NCBI GenBank assembly: GCA_050950765.1
Contig: JBMNIF010000005.1
Coordinates: forward strand, 32,001 to 96,000
Source of the DNA: Bdellovibrionota bacterium
GTDB lineage: Bacteria > Bdellovibrionota_C > UBA2361 > JAAYZI01
Reading direction: 5' to 3'
DNA length: 64,000 nt
A program made the position numbers and the translations under genes. A model generated the notes under the pieces. The model made no database searches, had not been told where the DNA came from, and saw only the letters and a list, made by a program, of their open reading frames with translations. This document shows, piece after piece, positions 59,878 to 64,000 of the stretch (its first letter is position 1; each line of letters opens with the position of its first letter).

Positions 59878-62646
59878 ATGAGAAGAGAAAGAATTACATT
59901 AAAATCTATTTTGTCACCAATCTGGATGTGCTTTGTTTTAGGTTTAATTTTTTTAATTATTCCGTCTGTCGAAGCACAACAAAAAACACCACCGCAAGGG
60001 GGGGCTGCCACTAATGACATAAAAAACACCGAAAGAGGGATCATTGCAAAAGATGTAAGACTTGATTCTATTATTAAAATTTTCAGTAGAAAGACCAACA
60101 GAAACTATATTTTTGATGAACGCGTGCAGGGTGCAGTTTCTATTTCACTTCCGGCAGATAAGGCTTCCGTCAAACAAGCTGCTCAAATTTTGGATTCTAT
60201 TTTACAGTTTAAAGGCTATACATCCGTACCGATCGGAGAAAATCTTTGGAAGATCGTTCCTGCAAAGGATGCAAAACAAACAACTATTCCAACAATAAAT
60301 GAGATTGAAGGTCGCGGCTCTCCGATTATGGTGACTCGCCTGATAAATCTTAAGTTTGTAGCAGCAGATGATGTAAAGCAGCTCTTAGGTCCCTTAATCT
60401 CCCCCTCTGGACTTATGAACGCTTACACAGCGACCAATTCATTAATTATTATCGATGCTGAAGAAAACATAAAACGGTTAATGAATCTGATCGATGAAAT
60501 GGATGTTCCGTTCTCAAACCGAGAGATGATAATCATCCCAGTAAAACATGCAGTAGCTGCTGATCTCGCTAACACCATCAAAGAATTACTTGGAGAAGGT
60601 TCCGAACAACAAAAAAGCGCTAATGAACAGAACCTCGATTTCATTAGAGCTAGAATGCAAAATAACATGATGATGGGAAGACGTAGACAGGAGAGAATGC
60701 TCCAAGCAAATGAAGAAAGCGCAGCAGAAACTGTTGGTGCTGCCAGATCAAGAGCACCTAAAATTTTGGCAGATGAACGCACTAATTCTATAATAGTTGT
60801 GGCAGATGAGGATACGGCAGCTAGAGTTAGAGCTTTAGTCTCGGAGTTGGATAGCTCGGTTGATATGGCGGGGATGCACTTCTATGTTTATAAGTGTATT
60901 CATGCCGATGCTGATGAACTAGCAAACGTCTTATCAACAGTTGCTAGCGGTGGTGGAGCCAGTAACACTAACTCAAACGTTTCAAGAGGATCTTCTTTCT
61001 CACAAAATCAGAGCTCCAATGCTAGGAATCGTAATACCTCTAACTACCGTTTAGGAGGTAGTAATAATTCCTCTTCTACTAGAACAGATTCCGCTACCAG
61101 CAGCGGCTCGCAATCGTCTACTAGTGTTACTTTTGGCGAAAACCTTTCAATCACCTCCGATCCAGCTACGAACTCTTTAGTTATTTACGGCACAAAAGCC
61201 GATTACGACAGAGTTTTAGCATTGATTAAAGAATTGGACGTAAAACGGAGACAGGTCTTAGTAGAAGCTTTATTGTTAGAAGTTAAAATTTCAGATTCGA
61301 TGGCGTTAAGTTCCGAATTCATAACTTCAGGGGGTGGCTCTGATGGCGGAGTGGTTGGTATGAACAACTTGGGAAGTATCTCAACGCTATTAACCAATCC
61401 GACCCAGTTATCACAATTTACAATGGCGGTAGCAAGCGCAGGTACTTTAACCCTCCCTGGAGATATCACTATTCCAACACAATCCATGATGCTCTCTGCC
61501 GCTAGTCAAAATAACCGCGTCAATGTCCTTAGCGCTCCTACTATACTGGCTACTGATAATGAAGAAGCAGAGATTATCGTTGGTGAAAATGTACCCTTTC
61601 TTGCTAGCACCTCCAGCAGTACTGAAAATTTAAATAATACCTTTAATCAGATCGATAGACAGGATGTTGGTATTACTTTGCGTTTAACTCCGCAAATTAG
61701 TTCGCGAGATTATGTAAAACTTAATATTTTTACGGAAGTTTCTAACGTCATCTCAGATACCTCGACCTCTGAATTAGGACCGACCACAACTATCAGAACC
61801 AGCCAAACAACCGTTATTGCAAAAGATTCACAGATGATAGTAATCGGCGGTTTAATGGGAGAAAATATCGAGGAAACAGAAACGGGTGTTCCCTATTTAA
61901 GAAATATTCCGATTCTTGGTCACCTCTTTAAAGGATATTCGACCTCTGATGACAGAAACAATCTCTTAATTTTTATTACGCCCCGAATTATTAAAGATCA
62001 ATTTGATATTCGAGATAACTCCGTTGAGATGCGAGATTCTTTCGATCGTTTCATGCAAAACAAAGAAGTACACCCCAGAAGAGATGATGTCCTCTACAAT
62101 GAAAATATCGATAAGGTAGTTGAATCTGAAATTTATAGTGGTAAGAAACCAAGCACCATCCTTCCTCCTCTTAAGGATGACGGTGCATTATCTGAGGAGG
62201 ATACAGAGCGCCTTAAAGAGAACGTTTCAGAACCGATCTCCTTAAGGATCACCCCACATATAAAAACAACTGATAAGAAAGAAACGGTCGTTTCTCAAAA
62301 CTCTGTAAAAGATCCGAGATCTTTAAAGAAAAGTTCAGATCTTTTTATAGTCCTTCAAGCTATGCGCGGAGAACGTCCAAGCGACATTCCGTTCTCAATA
62401 ACTACAGCTGGAGTTACCGGTATTGTAATACCTGCTGAAAGTAATCAACTTGCAAAATCATTTTTCCAAGAAGGTGGAGTTTATCAATACAAAATGAAAG
62501 AGAACAATATCCCTCTACAAGTAGTTGCCATCTTTCCATCTAAAGAAGCTGCTACAAAAAATTACGGCACATTAAAAAATTCTTGGTACACCCTTTCACC
62601 TTTTGAATTAATTAGATTAGGTCAATCGCCTTGGAGCAAACGTTAA
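59878..62646 (+). CDS. gspD: Type II secretion secretin GspD
   Basis: N domains, S/N-rich loop, RRQVLVEALLLEV, DNEEAEIIVGENVP, DVGITLRLTPQI, VPYLRNIPILGHLF, LLIFITPRII. Confidence 0.95.
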   Translation: MRRERITLKSILSPIWMCFVLGLIFLIIPSVEAQQKTPPQGGAATNDIKNTERGIIAKDVRLDSIIKIFSRKTNRNYIFDERVQGAVSISLPADKASVKQAAQILDSILQFKGYTSVPIGENLWKIVPAKDAKQTTIPTINEIEGRGSPIMVTRLINLKFVAADDVKQLLGPLISPSGLMNAYTATNSLIIIDAEENIKRLMNLIDEMDVPFSNREMIIIPVKHAVAADLANTIKELLGEGSEQQKSANEQNLDFIRARMQNNMMMGRRRQERMLQANEESAAETVGAARSRAPKILADERTNSIIVVADEDTAARVRALVSELDSSVDMAGMHFYVYKCIHADADELANVLSTVASGGGASNTNSNVSRGSSFSQNQSSNARNRNTSNYRLGGSNNSSSTRTDSATSSGSQSSTSVTFGENLSITSDPATNSLVIYGTKADYDRVLALIKELDVKRRQVLVEALLLEVKISDSMALSSEFITSGGGSDGGVVGMNNLGSISTLLTNPTQLSQFTMAVASAGTLTLPGDITIPTQSMMLSAASQNNRVNVLSAPTILATDNEEAEIIVGENVPFLASTSSSTENLNNTFNQIDRQDVGITLRLTPQISSRDYVKLNIFTEVSNVISDTSTSELGPTTTIRTSQTTVIAKDSQMIVIGGLMGENIEETETGVPYLRNIPILGHLFKGYSTSDDRNNLLIFITPRIIKDQFDIRDNSVEMRDSFDRFMQNKEVHPRRDDVLYNENIDKVVESEIYSGKKPSTILPPLKDDGALSEEDTERLKENVSEPISLRITPHIKTTDKKETVVSQNSVKDPRSLKKSSDLFIVLQAMRGERPSDIPFSITTAGVTGIVIPAESNQLAKSFFQEGGVYQYKMKENNIPLQVVAIFPSKEAATKNYGTLKNSWYTLSPFELIRLGQSPWSKR

Positions 62647-62663
62647 AGTAAGGAGCATATCTT

Positions 62664-64000
62664 TTGGTAGAAGAACTAATTACAGAACATGAAGAAGTTA
62701 CAGCATCTGTAGATCGATCAGCGCTACAACCGCTGGCGCGCTCTTTAGGGCTCTCTTTTTATGAGACGCTTCAAGATCCTACACCGCCACGAAATTTATT
62801 GCGTGGTGATTTTGATAGAATAGCCGGATCTTGGGGACGACAGTATGCAACTGTACCGATCGCAGAAGATGATAATAATGTAATTGTTGCAACAGCAGAT
62901 CCTTTAAACACAACGGCTATCGATGAGCTGCGACTTTGTTATCAAAAACCGTTAAAAGTTATTGTAGCACCCCAAGATGAGATCATTAAAGCGATAAACG
63001 CCATTAGAACTACCTTAATGAGCGATAGATCAAGCGAGTTATCATCTTCACAAAAAAGAGAGGATGATAGAGAGTTTGAACAACAGTTGAAGATCGATGT
63101 AACAGACGCTGAAGATGACGATGCTCCTATCATCAGATACGTTAACGCCATTATCTTTAAAGCGAGTTCAGAGCGCGCTTCTGATGTGCACGTTGAACCT
63201 TATGAAGATATTTTGAAGGTTCGTTTCAGAATCGATGGTGTTTTATATGAAGTTGCCAAAGAGGATAAAGCTTTTCAAGCCGCCATTATCTCTCGTATTA
63301 AAGTTATGGCAGGATTGAACATCGCAGAAAAAAGATTGCCGCAAGATGGTCGTATCGGTTTGAAGATCGCTGGTAAGGATGTCGATATCCGTGTTTCAAC
63401 AGTACCGACTCAATTCGGAGAACGCGTAGTGATGCGTTTACTTGATAAAACCACAACAGTTTTAGATCTGGAACAGATCGGATTACAAGGTCATAACCTT
63501 GAGATGGTTGAAAAACTAATCCAAAAACCTAACGGAATTATCCTAGTCACAGGGCCGACAGGTAGTGGAAAAACGACTACCCTTTATTCTTGTTTAACAC
63601 GCATTAACACTCCAGATCTAAACATCCTGACAGTTGAAGATCCTATCGAGTATCAATTAAACGGCATCGGTCAGATGCAGGTTAATCCGAAGATTAATTT
63701 TACATTTGCTAACGGCTTGCGCGCTATCTTACGTCAAGATCCTGATGTGGTTATGGTCGGAGAGATTCGTGATAACGAAACGGCTAATATCGCTATTCAA
63801 GCATCTTTAACAGGTCACTTAGTACTCTCCACCTTACATACAAATGATGCAGCAGGTGCTATTGCACGTCTCTTTGATATGGATATTGAACCGTTCTTAG
63901 TCGCCTCTAGCCTATTAGCTGTTATGGCACAGAGGTTAGTACGCAAATTGTGCCCACATTGCAGAATCCCTTATGAGATGTCAGATACCGAACTTTTAGA
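62664..64000 (+). CDS. gspE: Type II secretion ATPase GspE (runs off the window end)
   Basis: Read by hand: TTG start after [69 protein letters not shown] in one frame. Confidence 0.95.
   Translation, partial: MVEELITEHEEVTASVDRSALQPLARSLGLSFYETLQDPTPPRNLLRGDFDRIAGSWGRQYATVPIAEDDNNVIVATADPLNTTAIDELRLCYQKPLKVIVAPQDEIIKAINAIRTTLMSDRSSELSSSQKREDDREFEQQLKIDVTDAEDDDAPIIRYVNAIIFKASSERASDVHVEPYEDILKVRFRIDGVLYEVAKEDKAFQAAIISRIKVMAGLNIAEKRLPQDGRIGLKIAGKDVDIRVSTVPTQFGERVVMRLLDKTTTVLDLEQIGLQGHNLEMVEKLIQKPNGIILVTGPTGSGKTTTLYSCLTRINTPDLNILTVEDPIEYQLNGIGQMQVNPKINFTFANGLRAILRQDPDVVMVGEIRDNETANIAIQASLTGHLVLSTLHTNDAAGAIARLFDMDIEPFLVASSLLAVMAQRLVRKLCPHCRIPYEMSDTELL

Overview
AT-rich bacterial chromosomal window from a diderm (LPS core enzymes, BamD, T2SS gspCDE, RND pump). 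Gene style suggests a deltaproteobacteria/Bdellovibrionota-like lineage, which is inference only. Housekeeping genes include metF, secG, purN, argG, comF, rnpB and a tRNA-Leu. Unusual content: (1) a compact type III export-gate operon (inner-rod-like gene, coiled-coil/FliK-like gene, fliO-like, fliP/Q/R) whose FlhB/SctU is genetically split exactly at the NPTH autocleavage position, with a 1074-aa sensor kinase translationally coupled between the two halves; (2) six polarised mosaic repeat arrays built on a GGGTGGCACC core, with a 79-bp module and an IHF-consensus module, each next to a gene 3' end; (3) a second hairpin element that accompanies serial duplications of host gene 3' ends, giving three tRNA 3' fragments and three copies of the ABC-F 3' end that now form 23-aa mini-ORFs; (4) the secG-linked tRNA-Leu has the rare anticodon AAG; (5) a three-repeat CRISPR-like mini-array with no cas genes; (6) a DprE1/DprE2/UbiA arabinofuranose-donor cluster and an atypical glycogen-synthase-like protein. 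No transposase, integrase or cas gene is visible in the window. All protein calls come from motif recognition by eye, not from database searches.
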